64,000 nucleotides of DNA from Macrostomum lignano (taxonomy: Eukaryota): the NCBI GenBank assembly GCA_002269645.1, contig NIVC01003570.1, positions 1-64,000 of the forward strand, in the 5' to 3' direction. The notes beneath the pieces are model-generated. The model was not told the DNA's origin. It made no database searches and saw nothing but the letters and a program-made list of their open reading frames with translations. Position numbers and translations under genes: made by a program. The first letter of the stretch is position 1. The number at the start of each line of letters is the position of its first letter. Shown here in pieces: positions 17,829-31,700 of this stretch.

Positions 17829-19701
17829 GCCTGCAAATGATGGTTTCCAATGCATATTCTTATAGTGCTGTCGCTTGTAGTAACTGCAACTATGACTACC
17901 AGTGCTTAGTCAGATGACACGGGTCACCTATGGTACCCCTTCATTCGCCTTCAATACACAGTGGCAACTAGAAATTGATAGCTATTTCCTTTCTGTACTT
18001 TTTTCAAAGCATGCCATCATCCCTCCATAGACAGAATGCACTGCTAAGATAGGAAAATGTTGCACTGGCACTGTCACTCAAAATTGGTACAAATTTTCAA
18101 TTTAAAATAGTTGTAGAAAAGGTAGCTTGAAAATTTTAATAGATGTGTTTTCTGTTTTTAACAAATGTAATTTTCAAATTTTTAACAATAAAATAGCCTA
18201 TCTGTTGCATAGGACAATTCTGTACTGATAATATTGAATTGGTAATATGAAAAGGCCCTATTTTGAAAAGTATATATTAAAAGTTGCTAAATATGGGGGA
18301 GAGGCAGGAACCATTGATGCCCCTCCCCCCCCCTGGTCCTGCCCCCATTCTGACACTTATGGTGCCAAATATTGTTAATTAAAAAAGTGTAACTAAACTT
18401 AAGTAGCCTTGTTATTCTAAAAAGATTAGATAGGCCTAAGCTATAAAAACAGGTTTAAGTTGATATGATTTAAAAATTACCTAAATTAAAAGTTATGAAA
18501 CGTGATTAAGATAAACTCAGGAGCAGTAAGTAACAAAAAATCGAAATAAGACATTCTGATTCTTCCTGTATTAGTGATTAGTGATTGTGACTTGATTGTG
18601 ATTTGTGTTAAAATAAAAACATTGATTAAGCTGAGTTGGGAAACTTGACAACATAAATTTCTTGGGAATTTCTCGGCTTCCGCACTGATTACTGCACGGA
18701 TCAGATAAGATAACCTTTACTCGTAGAAGCGCAAACTTTTCAAGGGTGCACTACTGTAAGGTGCATGAGCATTTGATCATGCAACTTGTTCCAAGTCAAG
18801 TCATATGTATATGTAAATTGCTTGTCATATGTTTTACTTTAAATTCAATACGATGCTTTTTTAAACTAGTGTTAAACAGAAAAATCCTTGATTTACAATC
18901 TTAGAAAATTACTTTGTAACAAAATGGCCTAATTTCTTACTTCAGCTACTTTCTTTCTATATATGTATATATATTTGTTTAAGTTTTACTTGAGTATAGT
19001 CCAAAATTCGACAGTGGAAAATACGTTCTTTTAACAGCGAGGTTGGAACTTCTGACTGAAGCTTACTGAAATTGTACCGTTTTAAAATCTTGCTGGTTTG
19101 GCTACCGTAAACTTTGCAGAAAATGGGAGGTCTAGCTTTTTATTGGCTTCTAAATCAAATTTTACAATGCTTGTTTTAAAGTTTGTAGTTCTTATTCTTA
19201 GTTCATAAAGCAAAGTGATTAAATCCACTTTCGCTTTTGTTTTGACTGAATTTTCAAATCAGAAATTTTCTAGCCTTATAAAAGTATACAATATAAGTGA
19301 AGGTAGAGGCCATCTAGAGAAATTTTAACAGATCAATAGTTAAATATTCGTAATATTTTCTATCAATGACAATGGTTATAATTGGTTATATCAATGGTTA
19401 AATCTTTCTTCTTTTTGATAGAACTTTTGACCTTTCCGCAACAAACTGTTTTGCTGCACAATGCGTAATATTAAAAACTTATTGAGTCTAGTTTCTAGTA
19501 ATTTTTTTATCGCCGAATTTCCGCCTATTTAGTTTGATTGAGCTGTATGTCACGTTTTTATGTTAGTAAAATTTTATTTTTAATTCATTTGATGTTTTAA
19601 GTTTATTGCTGTTTTTCCAAGTTTGTGCATCTTGTAAATTTTATATTACGAGAAAAAGAAGATAAAATTAAAATCTTTGCAATTGTTGCTGCGGACTAGT
19701 C

Positions 19702-22700
19702 ATGAAGTACGTCCGCTCCAACCTTGACGAGGACAGCGAGATCGGCGGCAGCAGCAGCGGCATCGCTGGCAGCGGAGCTGGCGCCATCGGCACAGCCGGC
19801 GAGGCGTTCCAGAATGTCCCAACAGTGACGGTGCCCCGGCCCCGGGCCAGCCGGCTGCAGCGACTTCGCAACTATTTTCGTCAGCGGAACTATCTGGAAA
19901 AGTTTTTGTTCATTGCTGTGTGCGTCCTGACCATTTTGGTGCTGCTGCTGGCGGCCTTCCTCTATCGCGTCACCTGCCCGGCGCCCCAGCACAGCTTCGA
20001 GGTGCAGTACCGCAAGGAGGTGGTGCCCGGGCCGCCAGCGAAGGGCCGAAACTTGTCCAGTGAGTTCCAGAACTCTTTGGGAATGCGTGGGGAGGCCTGC
20101 GCGACTGGGAGTAGAAGTGCATTGTGTACTTTGATTCGAGTGACCGAGAAATGCATAGATGTACGTGTGGATTTTGTGCATAGGTATGGGTGAGTGAATG
20201 GGGGTGAGAGTAGATTGAAGAGAGGGGTGAAGATTAGACAGGGGGCCCAGGGGTTAGAGTGGATGGGTGAAAGTGGATGAAGTGAGAGAGGATGGGGTGA
20301 AAGTGGTAGAGTGAGAGTGGATAGGGTGAGAGTGGATAGGGTGAGAATCGATTTGGTGAGAGTGGTTGGGTGAGAGTGGAATGGGGTGAGAGTGGATGGG
20401 GTGAGAGTGGATGGGGTGAAAGTGGATAGGGTGAGAGTGGATAGGGTGAGAGTGGATAGGGTGAAAGTGGATAGGGTGAGAATGGATTTGGTGAGAGTGG
20501 TTGGGTGAGAGTGGAATGGGGTGAGAGTGGATGGGGTGAGAGTAGATGGGGTGAAAGTGGATGGGGTGAGAGTGGATGGGGTGAGTGGGTAGGGTTAGAG
20601 TGGATTGGGTGAGATTGGATAGAGTGAGAGTGGATTAGGTGAGAGTAGATGATGAAGTGAGAGTGGATTGAATGAGAGTAGATGAAGCGAGAGTAGATGG
20701 GTGAGAGTAGATGATGGAGTGAGAGTGGATGGGGTGAGAGTGGATGTGAGATGGTCAGCAACGCCGCCGGTCCCGCAGTGGTGTGCCTGGACCCGGAGTG
20801 CATCAGCCTGAGCGCCAGGATTCTGTCCTACATGAACGAGGCCGCCAATCCGTGCGAAGATTTCTACGAATTCGCCTGCGGCTCGTTTCGCAAGCGCGTG
20901 GCGATTCCGCCGGGCACGCAGCGGGTGACGTCATTCAGCCTGCAGGCCGAGGCCAATGAGATCCTCCTGCGCAGCATCCTGGGTAGGCGGGCGGTTGGGT
21001 GGCCGCTGGCTTTGAATAAATCCCATTTTTACTATGACGTTCGGATGGCCATCAGATGGCCCTTGACAGTCATGACGTTGCACAGCAAGGCGGATTCGGG
21101 ATCATTGGATTTGGAATAATGGGATTCGGGATTATTGGATTCGGGATCATTAGATTTGAGATCATTGGATTCAGGATCATTGGATTCGGGATCATTGGAC
21201 TCGGGATCATAAAATTCGGGATCATTGGATTTGGGATCATTGGATTCGGGATTATTGGATTCGGCATTGTTGGATTCAGGATCATTGTATTCGGGATCAT
21301 TAGATTCGGGATTATTGGATTCGAGATCATTGGATTCGGGATTATTGATTTCGGGACTATGGGATTCGGGATCATTGGATTCGGGATCGAAAGATTTGGG
21401 ATCTAGGCATTTAGGATCATGGGGTTTTGGACTATAAAATATAGTTCGAGATCATAGATTTTACATCTTAATCGTGTGATTTGGGGATTCAGTATCGGAA
21501 GCTTTGAAGTCTTAGTGAAGCTTTCAACAGTTTTCTGATGAGCAATCAGCTCAATGGACAGGGCTGCCGCAGTGCTCTCGCTGCACTCCGGCATGTAAAA
21601 CATTGCACCGAAAACCCGGAGAGAAATTCCTTCTCGCACAAGAGGAAGGAAAGCAGACAGCGGCAAAACCTGGTTGCTGGATGGGAGGCTCTGCGGGCCC
21701 TCTTTATCAATTCAGGATTAGCAGGCAGATCGAGGCAATTTCCCCAAGGACAGCTAATCCCCCAATGCCGGAGCCCGAACCCTGTCAGACAGTTGTGAAT
21801 CATTTATGGATTAACAACTGAATTTCTGGCTGACATCGATCCAGTCAGACCTCGGTCAATGGGACTTAGTCATGGGATTGCGATTGACCCTGTCTTCTTG
21901 AGCTTGTTGCAGATTTGAGACCATGGGATTCGGATCTTGGGATTTGGGATCATGGGATTCTGGGTCATGGGATTCTGGATCATGGGATTCGGGATCATGT
22001 GATTCGGGATCTTGGTATTCGATATCTTTGGATTCGGACTCTTTGGATTCGGTCGGGATCATGAGATTCCAGATCATGGGATTCGGGATCTTTGGATTCG
22101 CGATCATGTAATTTGGGATTATGGGATTTGGGATCATGAGATTCAGGATCATGTAATTTGTGATCATGTAATTTGTGATCATGAGATTTGTGATCATAGG
22201 ATTTGTGATGGTGTGATTTGGGATCATGGGATTTGGGATCATGGGATTTGGGATCATGAGATTTGGGACTATGAGATTCAGGATCATGGGATTTGTGATC
22301 ATGGGATTTGTGATCACCTCCAGCTTTTCCCTCACTGCCCCTCCCAGAATCGCCGGCTCCCCCGGCTGCGCACGCCTCACCATCGCTGCGTTCGGCCTTC
22401 TCGGCGGAGCTCTACGCCAACGCGGGCCGCCTGTACGCCTCCTGCATGAACGTCTCGGCCCGGGAGGCCTCCGGAGTCGAGCCCGTGACCAACATGATCG
22501 CCCCGCTGGGTCCCTGGGCTGCCCACCGTCCGGCCGGCGGACCGGCCTTCAATGCCAGCGCCTGGAACCTGACGAAGGGCATCGCGGAGGTGGTGCAGTT
22601 CCTGCTCGCGCACACCGAGAGCCTGCCGTTCTTCACCGTGGACGTGGAGCCGGACAACTCGAACTCCAGCCGGCACGTGCTCTGCTTCGGCCAGGCCAGG

Positions 22701-25700
22701 ACCATCCTGGGCGTGCGGGAGAATTACGTTGGCAACGGCTCGGCCACCAATCTGGCCGCTCTGTCCGAGGCGCTGCTGAGCGTGGCGCAGCTGTTCAACT
22801 TCAACCTGACGCAGTCGAACGTCACGGACCTGATCGACTTGGAGAAGCAGATTGCCCAGGTGAGACTGAGGCTACGCGTGTCTGTTCTCACAGTGCTGCT
22901 CGTTTGTGCGGTGCTTTCGGGTGCCCTATTGACGACGATCTTGATGACCATAGCAATGGTGTATTTAACAGACAATTAAATAATAGTTACCATGGCAACC
23001 ATGATACATACCATAGCAACCATAATATATACCATAGCAACCGTACTGTATACCATAGCAACCATACTTTACACCATAGCAACCACAATACATACCATAG
23101 CAACCATAATATATACCATAGCAACCATAATGTATACCATTTTTTTTATTTTTTATTAGAGGCAGGGGGGTTGTGTGCACCCTGGCGCACTTTAAGCGAC
23201 ATTGTCACACAACCGGCGAGAGGCATTACTGCCCATTCCGCTGACTCCCCTGAGCAGGCATACAAGCGCGCGGATACGTACGCAGGCACACACTCACACA
23301 GGATTGTACAGCGGCTCTAACTTTATTTTATCGTTAGGCATGTACACTTCACTGCGCCTTGGGGGGTTGGCCCTCAAGGCCGTTAATTGCACGAGCAGAG
23401 CCAAGCCGAGTTTCCAATTCAGCCCCAAATTAATGTGACTGCACTTGGAATCGAGCCTGGGTCGCTGGCACACCAGAGCAGCTGCGCTACCGCTGGGCTA
23501 CGGCCCCCTTAATGTATACCATAGCAACCATACTTTACACCATAGCAACAATAGTACATACCATAGCAACAATAACATATACCATAGCAACCGTACTGTA
23601 TAGCATAGCAACGATAATAGATTACCATAGCAACCACAATACATACTATAGCACATACTACATGTCATAGCAACCGTCATGACATACTACATACCATAGC
23701 AACCATACTACATGCCATAGCAACCATAATAGATACTATAGCAACCACATGTATACCATAGCAACCATGCTACATACTATATACCATGCTAGCAACAGCA
23801 GTTCGCTTTTAGTCTTAGCAAGCAGAGCCTTGCAGCAGCTCAGTGCTGCTGGATTCGGGTTTCATTCGGGAATCGATAAACAAACAGTCCCCGAGAATCT
23901 GCTGCTGCCGCCTCAAGCCAACGGCGATTGAAATTTGAAACTAAATTTTTGCCACTTCGCCTTGGGGCCTGCATTTCTTAGAAATTCGACACCGCGCCCG
24001 CGACTCCGCTTTGCAGATTTCGCTGCCCGAGTCAGAGCGCCGAGATTCCACCAAGATCATCACGAGCACAGTTCGCTACCTCATGGACAACGTGGGCTGC
24101 GTGAGTTTCCAACCAGCTTAGCAGAAACAATAAAAATTTCCAATCTCCGTAGTTTCTTAGAAATGAATTTTCCCGTCATCCTACTGAAGTCGTCTCTGCA
24201 GCCGCTGTTTGATTTAACTTATTCTAATTTAACTCAGGTGAATTGGTTGGACTTCCTGGCTAGGTATGCCAGCAACGTGAGCTACCACATCACCCCCGAC
24301 ACGCCTGTTAACATCCGGGATGAGAACTACCTGCGGCAGCTCTGCCCGCTGCTGCAGCGTTTGGCGGCCGATCCGCAAAAGAAGCTGTGAGTCTTGAGAC
24401 TGGGACTCTGATCCCCACTGGGTCTGAGCAGCTGCCACTGGGTCTGAGCAGCTTCCACAGGGTCTGAGCAGCTGCCACTGGGTCTGAGCAGCTCCCACAC
24501 GGTCTAAGCAGCTGCCAGAGGGTCTGAGCAGCTCCCACAGGGTCTGAGCAGCTTCCACAGGGTCTGAGCAGCTGCCACTGGGTCTGAGCAGCTCCCACAC
24601 GGTCTAAGCAGCTGCCAGAGGGTCTGAGCAGCTCCCACAGGGTCTGAGCAGCTTTCACAGGGTCTGAGCAGCTGCCACTGGGTCTGAGCAGCTCCCACAC
24701 GGTCTAAGCAGCTGCCAGAGGGTCTGAGCAGCTCCCACTGGGTCTGAGCAGCTCCCACAGGGTCTGAGCGACACCTGAGCAACCCCCATGCACCGCCACC
24801 TCAGCACCGTGAACAACTACCTGCTCATCCGGTCTGTGTGGATCTTCCTGTCTGTGCTCAACAAGGAAGCCGCTGCCATTCCCCGCAAGCTGCACCACAT
24901 CACGGATGGCGTGCACGGCTCGCCTAACCCGTGGGCTCTGTGCGTCCGCTCCGTCAGCGGCATGTTCGGCTTCGGGCTCGGCAAGCTGTACGTCGATCAG
25001 CACTTCGACGACGAGTCGAAGCTGGCGGTGAACTCCATGATCAACGACGTGAAGGCGGCCTTCAACCGCAGCCTGCAGGAGGCGGCGTGGATGGACGCGA
25101 CCACCAGGCGGCTGGCGATGGCGAAGCTGGTGGGCATCCGCAACCTGGTCGGCTACCCGGACTACTTCGGCAACGAGACGGCAATGCGCGAGGAATTCGG
25201 CAGCTTCCGGTTCGCATCCGGCGAATATTTCAACAACCTGCTGAAGATCCAGCGGCTCGGCCACGTGAAGTCCATCGCCAAACTGGCCGAACCCGTGAAG
25301 GTCGAGTTCGAAATGACGCCGCAGTCCATCAACGCCTACTACTCGCCCTCCTCAAACGTGATCGCCTTCCCCGCCGGCATCCTGCAGCGCCCGTTCTACC
25401 AGGCGCAGTTCCCGCCGTACATCAGCTACGGCGCCATCGGGGCCGTCATCGGCCACGAGGTCACCCACGGCTTCGACGACGACGGCAAGAACTTCGACAG
25501 AAACGGCAACCAGCGGCAGTGGTGGAGCAACCGCACCGCCCAGTCCTTCAAGGAGGCGGCCGCCTGCATCGCCAAGCAGTACGAGGACTTCGTGGTTGAC
25601 GGCGACGTGCGGGTGCCCGGGCAGCTCGTGCTGGGCGAGAGCATCGCCGACAACGGCGGGCTGAAGAGCGCCTACAGGGTGAGCGGCGCGCGGATGATGG

Positions 25701-28700
25701 TTGCTAGGAGACGGTTGCTAGGGCATAGTGGATAACGGTTGCTAGGGTTATTAAAAACGGTTGTTATAGCAATGTTAGAGACGGTTGCTAGGAGGATATC
25801 GGAGACGGTTGCTAGGGAATTGTGGATACGTTTGCTAGGGAATTGTGAATAAAGTTGCTACACTACGGATACGGTTGCTAGGCTATGGAGGATACGGTTG
25901 CTAGGGTATGGAGGATACGGTTGCTAGGGTATGGAGGATACGGTTGCTAGGGTATGGAGGATACGGTTGCTAGGGTATGGAGGATACGGTTGCTAGGGTA
26001 TGGAGGATACGGTTGCTAGGGTATGGAGGATACGGTTGCTAGGGTATGGAGGATACGGTTGCTAGGTGTTGTGGCCGCTGGCCAAATGAATAAAGTCAAT
26101 AATTCACTTAAGGCGAAGGAGAGGAGAGGTGGCTCTCATCTACAGTGAGCTAGCCAATATATATTATCTGACTTATACTCATAGATGTACATCAGTTCGC
26201 GTACATTGAATAATAGCATTGAGCATGCACATTCACAACATCATCCCCCCGTGCAAAGAGGTGACAGATTACGGGTGGGATAAGCAGACGCATTAAAGCA
26301 AGCAATATCAATGGGACAGTTTTCGGTGCATGAGCAGTCAGTTAGTCAAGTCAGTCAATCATGAGTCACAACGTTGCCGAACCATTGAGGCGGTGCCCGA
26401 AGTCTCTCAGAGCGGCGCAGCGGTGGCGTTGGCGGCATCGCCTCTGGTTGCCCGCCGTCCGGCTGTTGCAGAGCCTCGGTGTCGTCGGCCCCGTCACCCC
26501 AGCCGTGGTAGTCATCAAGGATGCAGCGGCTGATGTGCCAGCGGCTGCCATCGGTCAGGGTGATCGTGTTGCCCTCGCGACTGACGACTGTCTGTGGCTC
26601 GGAGACGCCGCTGCTGAGCTTTCCGCGCCTCGGCCGGCGGACGCGGATGCGGCTCCCGACAGTTAGCGCTGCGTCCTTCAGAGGCTGGTTCCGCTTGCGC
26701 ATCCGGCGGCGGCTCTTGGCCCGCTGCTGTCGCTCCGTGACGCTGCACCGCAGCTCCTGGTCCATCGTTGACTCGGTGCTTACTGGTTGAAGACGATCGA
26801 GAGGCAGGCGGAGCTTCCGTCCCAGCATCAGTTCAGCCGGCGACTTCTTGGTCAGCGCGTGCTCAGATGATCGATACGCGAGCAGCAGCTCCTGAACCGC
26901 CTGCTTCACCGGAACACCGTCGGCGAGTAGTGCGCGCAGTGAGGTCTTGATGAAGCCGTTGAACCTCTCGACTCCGCCATTCTGCTGTGGACAGTAGAAC
27001 GGAGTGCGACGGTGCTTGATGCCGAGCGAGCTGAGGAAGTCCGTGAACTCGGTCGACACAAACTGAGGTCCGTTGTCTGTGGTAATTTCGTCTGGAAGCC
27101 CCCAGCGGACGAACAAGCTGCGAAGGGCTTCGATGCAGGCAGCGGAAGTCACGGATAAAGATGCGATGATCTCAGGCCATTTGGAGTAGAGATCGTGGAC
27201 GACGATGAAAAATCGATGGGACTGCGGCACATTGGCTTCCGGCAGCTCTCCAACGACGTCGACTTGCAGCTGCCGCCATGGACCCGCTGGTAGCTCCGTC
27301 GTTGACCATGGGACCTTGATCGGCTTGAACGCTTTCTCGGACAGGACGCAGGCGCTGCAGTTCCGCACGAAGGCTTCCACGTCGCTGTCGATGCGCGGCC
27401 ACCAGACCGTGTCGCGGCACCGCGCCTTGACCTTGGCGACGCCGAGATGTCCTTGATGCGCCTCTGCCAGCACAAGGTCGCGGAGGTTAGTCGGGATGAC
27501 AGCTCGGCTGCCTCTCGCCAGGCAGCAACCATCGTTCCACAGGTAGAGCTCGTGTTGCACCTGGTGGAAGCCCTTCAGATCGGCTGGAACCTCGGCAGGC
27601 CATCCGTTGATGAGAAACCCGATGACTCGCTGCAGTTGGTTGTCGCTCTTGGTTGCATCGGCCAGTTGAGTGACTGAGATCGGCTCGGCGCTTCTGGCCA
27701 GCACCAGGTTGATGTCGGACTCGCTCTGGTGCTGCTCGTTGGACTCGTTGGCTGCACTCTTGCCGTCGTAGCCGTAGCGAGACAGAAAGTCGGGCTGGAC
27801 GTTGAGCTTGCCGGGGACGTACTCGATGTCGAAGTCGTAGACGAAGAGTCGCTCGCACCAGCGCTGAAGTCGAAGAGGTCGTTGGCCGACCCCTCGAGGT
27901 GACAGCAGGGTCGTCAGCGCTTGATGGTCGGTGAGGAGCTTGAACTTGCGACCGTACAGCAGCAGGTGCCAATGCTCGCAGCTCCAGACGCAGGCCAAGG
28001 CCTCTTTCTCTGACGCAGAGTAGCGGCGTTCGGTGTCGGATAGGGCTCGCGAGGCGAAGGCGACTGGTCGCAGCTGTCCGTGCTCGTCGACTTGGCTCAG
28101 GGTCGCGCCCAGGGCGACGTCGCTGCTATCGCAGGAGACGACGGTCTCGTGATCTTGGTCGAAGAACTTCAGGCACGGTGCTGATGAGATGAGCCGCTTC
28201 ACCTCGCTGAAGGCCGCCTCGCATTTCGCGTCCCAGTTCCATGGCGCGTCCTTGCGCAGGAGCGCTGTCAGCGGCTCGGCGACGTGAGACAGGTTCTTGA
28301 TGTAGAACTGGAAGAACTTTGCAAAGCCGAGGAATGAAGCCAACTCTGCCGTATTGGTGGGTGCCTTGAGTTTCGATACGGACTCGGTGTGCGACTGGAG
28401 AGGTTGAATTCCCGCTGCGCTGACGCGGTGTCCGACGAACTCGATCTCCGACGCCTTGAAGGTGCACTTCTTGAGATTGACGGTTACTCGATGCTGCAGC
28501 AGCTTGTCCAGTACCTGAAGTACGCGACTTTCATGCTCGGCTTCCGTAGCGGCGTGAACGGCGATGTCGTCTTGGTAGTGAACGACGCCTCTGATGCCTT
28601 GGAGGATCTTGCCGACGACCTTCTGGAAGGCCGCCGGAGCCGAGCTGATGCCGAACGGCATCCGTCTGAACCGGTAGAGGCCGGATTCGGTGTGGAAGCA

Positions 28701-31700
28701 GGTCAGATTCTTGGCGTCATCGTGCAGAGGCAGCTGTAGATACGACTGGTTGAGGTCGATCCTTGAGAAAAACTTCGAATTGTTGAATTCGGTCACCAGG
28801 TCGGCGAAGGTAGGCAGTGACATCGAGTCCGGGATGATCGCCTTGTTGACGCTTCGCAGATCAACGCAGAGGCGCAGCTTCCCATCGGCCTTGCGGGCAC
28901 AGGTGACGTTGGACTGCCAGTCGGGGATGTCGCCGTCGACTCGCTCTATGATGCCTTCCTCCTCCCAGCGCTGAATCTCGCTGTCGCACTCCTGGCGCAG
29001 CGCTAGAGGCAGTCGGCGCAGACGCTGAGCTACGGGAGACACAGTTGGGTCAACTCTGGGACGGTGGCAGAACCCTTTGATCTCACCGAGTCCGGTGCCC
29101 AAGGCGTGGTACTTAGCTGGAATCCATTCGGGCATCGACGTGGTCGGAGGCTCCTCGGACTCGACCGCAGCAATCTGATGTCCGGAAGGCCCGAGAACTC
29201 TGCAGTTCAGCTTGTCCATCAGGTCGATTCCCATCAGGTCATCGCCGTCCATGACGACGGTGAAGGTGAACGACGGGAGCTGAACGCATTCGAACTCGAC
29301 CGTGGCGTCGATCTCGCCGGCGACACTGATGCTGGAGCCGTTGTATGACACGAGCTGTCTCTTTGACGGTCGCAGGGGGACCTTGGCGCCGAAAAGCTTC
29401 CGGCAGGTCTGCATGTTGATGATAGAGACTTTGGCAGCTGTGTCCACCAACAGCGGAGTGCTGAACCCGTTGATCCTGACGCTGGCTCTCTTGTACTCGC
29501 CTTTCTTGTCCGTGCTGACGGCGAAGATGCTTTGCTGAGCGGAGCTGTCGAAGTCGACGCCTTGAACCTTCTTCTGAGCCGAGTGCGGTACCGTGGTGCT
29601 GCTCTTGCACACGCTGGCGAAGTGGTTGAGCTTTCCGCACTTCTTACACGCTTTGCCACGGGCAGCGCAGCGCGGGTCGCTGCCTGTGCGGTGGCCCGGC
29701 TTATCGCAGTGTGAGCAGCAGGGCTCCTGCAATGGTCGCGCTGTCTGGCCTCTGGTGCCGATCGGAGCTCTCTTGACGTTGATCTTCCTGATGCCGTCGT
29801 CAGCTGCATTCTTGCCGGTCAAGGACTTCTCACTCTGGACAGCTTTTTCCACCTGGGCAGCAATCTGGATTGCTCCGTCCAGGGTGAGCTTTCGCTCTAG
29901 CAGGAGGCGTTCGCGCACCTTCGCTGATGAAGTGCCGAAGATCAGCTGGTCCAGGATGAGGTCGTCGTGAAGGCTCTGGAACTCACAGTCTCTGGCGGCA
30001 TGACGCAAGTTTGCCACGAATGCGTGCACGCCTTCGCCGCTCCGCTGGACGCACTTCCGAAAGTCATGGCGCTTGGCATACACGCTGACGGTGGGCTGAA
30101 AGTGCTCCTTGAGCAGTTTGCATGCCGCTTCGAGTGTCGCTGGAGCTTCATCTGGAGACTTGATGAGAGTCCGGTAGACTCGCACTCCTTCCCGCCCGAG
30201 GCAGTGCACGAGCAGTGCTATCTTCCTGGCTTCTTGCAAGCCGTCGACTCCTGAAGCTAGCAGGTAGGTGTCGAACTCAGCGGCCCAAGTTTCCCATGAA
30301 ACCACAGGTGTTCCTGGGTTTTCGAGAAATGGAGGCGGTTCTCTGAGGTTTAGTCGTAGCTCTGGCGCTGTGGCGTTGTCAGAGCTGCTCATTTCTAACT
30401 TCGCTGTGCTGAGTTTGCAGAATTGCAATGCGATAGCGAGAGTTGGGCTTGTGGGCCTTGGCTGCCGTGAGTTGAGTTGAATTTTGCGCGGGGTGGTTTT
30501 TTGCCAAGTCCCTGCTTGCGATGCCAGTGTTGTGGCCGCTGGCCAAATGAATAAAGTCAATAATTCACTTAAGGCGAAGGAGAGGAGAGGTGGCTCTCAT
30601 CTACAGTGAGCTAGCCAATATATATTATCTGACTTATACTCATAGATGTACATCAGTTCGCGTACATTGAATAATAGCATTGAGCATGCACATTCACAAC
30701 ACTAGGGTATGGAGGATACGGTTGCTAGGGTATGGAGGATACGGTTGCTAGGGTATGGAGGATACGGTTGCTAGGGTATGGAGGATACGGTTGCTAGGGT
30801 ATGGAGGATACGGTTGCTAGGGTATGGAGGATACGGTTGCTAGGGTATGGAGGATACGGTTGCTAGGGTATGGAGGATACGGTTGCTAGGGTATGGAGGA
30901 TACGGTTGCTAGGGTATGGAGGATACGGTTGCTAGGGTATGGAGGATACGGTTGCTAGGGTATGGAGGATACGGTTGCTAGGGTATGGAGGATACGGTTG
31001 CTAGGGTATGGAGGATACGGTTGCTAGGGTATGGAGGATACGGTTGCTAGGGTATGGAGGATACAGTTGCTAGGGTATGGAGGATACGGTTGCTAGGGTA
31101 TGGAGGATACGGTTGCTAAGGTATGGAGGATACGGTTGCTAGGGTATGGAGGATACGGTTGCTAGGGTATGGAGGATACGGTTGCTAGGGTATGAAGGAT
31201 ACGGTTGCTAGGGTATGGAGGATACGGTTGCTAGGGTATGGAGGATACGGTTGCTAGGGTATGGAGGATACGGTTGCTAGGGTATGGAGGATACGGTTGC
31301 TAGGGTATGGAGGATACGGTTGCTAGGGTATGGAGGATACGGTTGCTAGGGTATGGAGGATACGGTTGCTAGGGTATGGATGATCTGGTTGCTAGGGCAT
31401 GGAGAATACGGTTGCTAGGATTATGGCAATGTTAGAGACGGTTGCTAGGGGGATGTTAGAGACGGCTCTAGGAGATGTCGGAGACGGTTACTAGGGCAAG
31501 TTAGAGAATATTAAGTGCAGGTTGGAGACTGTTGCTATGCAAATATGCATCCTGAATAGCGTGAGCGGTTGCACATTAGTTGCTAAGGGCACTTTGGTGT
31601 TGGCGCCGGTTCCTTAGGAGGTTACCCTCAGCTTTTGTAATCGAAAGGAAAAGAAAATTTGCGAAATTTTACAAAATCCTCAAGTAGTTTGCCGCCCATC

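Larger units (their letters stand above)
26067..30701 (-). mobile_element. Complete Ty3/Gypsy LTR retrotransposon, Mag-like clade, 4635 bp
   Basis: Identical 174-bp LTRs (26067-26240 and 30528-30701) with TGTTGTG...CACAACA ends; 5-bp TSD CTAGG; PBS TGGCATCGCAAGCAGG starting 1 nt inside the 5' LTR boundary; PPT GGGGGGATGA; one intact gag-pol ORF in the order PR-RT-RH-IN. Confidence 0.98.
25870..31400. repeat. 23-bp minisatellite (GCTAGGGTATGGAGGATACGGTT) in neprilysin intron 6, split by the LTR retrotransposon (25870-26066 and 30702-31400)
   Basis: The repeat register continues exactly across the insertion. Confidence 0.95.

Noticed and set aside
23935-24237. Track ORF 23935-24390 as one neprilysin exon
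   Set aside because: Homologous sequence fits two exons (24017-24100 in another frame, and 24238-24386) separated by a 137-nt GT-AG intron.
26361-30480. Many overlapping short ORFs on both strands of the retrotransposon
   Set aside because: Shadow ORFs of GC-rich coding sequence; no env-like or other recognisable product.
30393-30560. N-terminal 56-aa extension of the 1401-aa ORF
   Set aside because: Its ATG lies inside the 5' LTR and upstream of the PBS; the ATG at 30392 (MSSSDN) is the more plausible Gag start.
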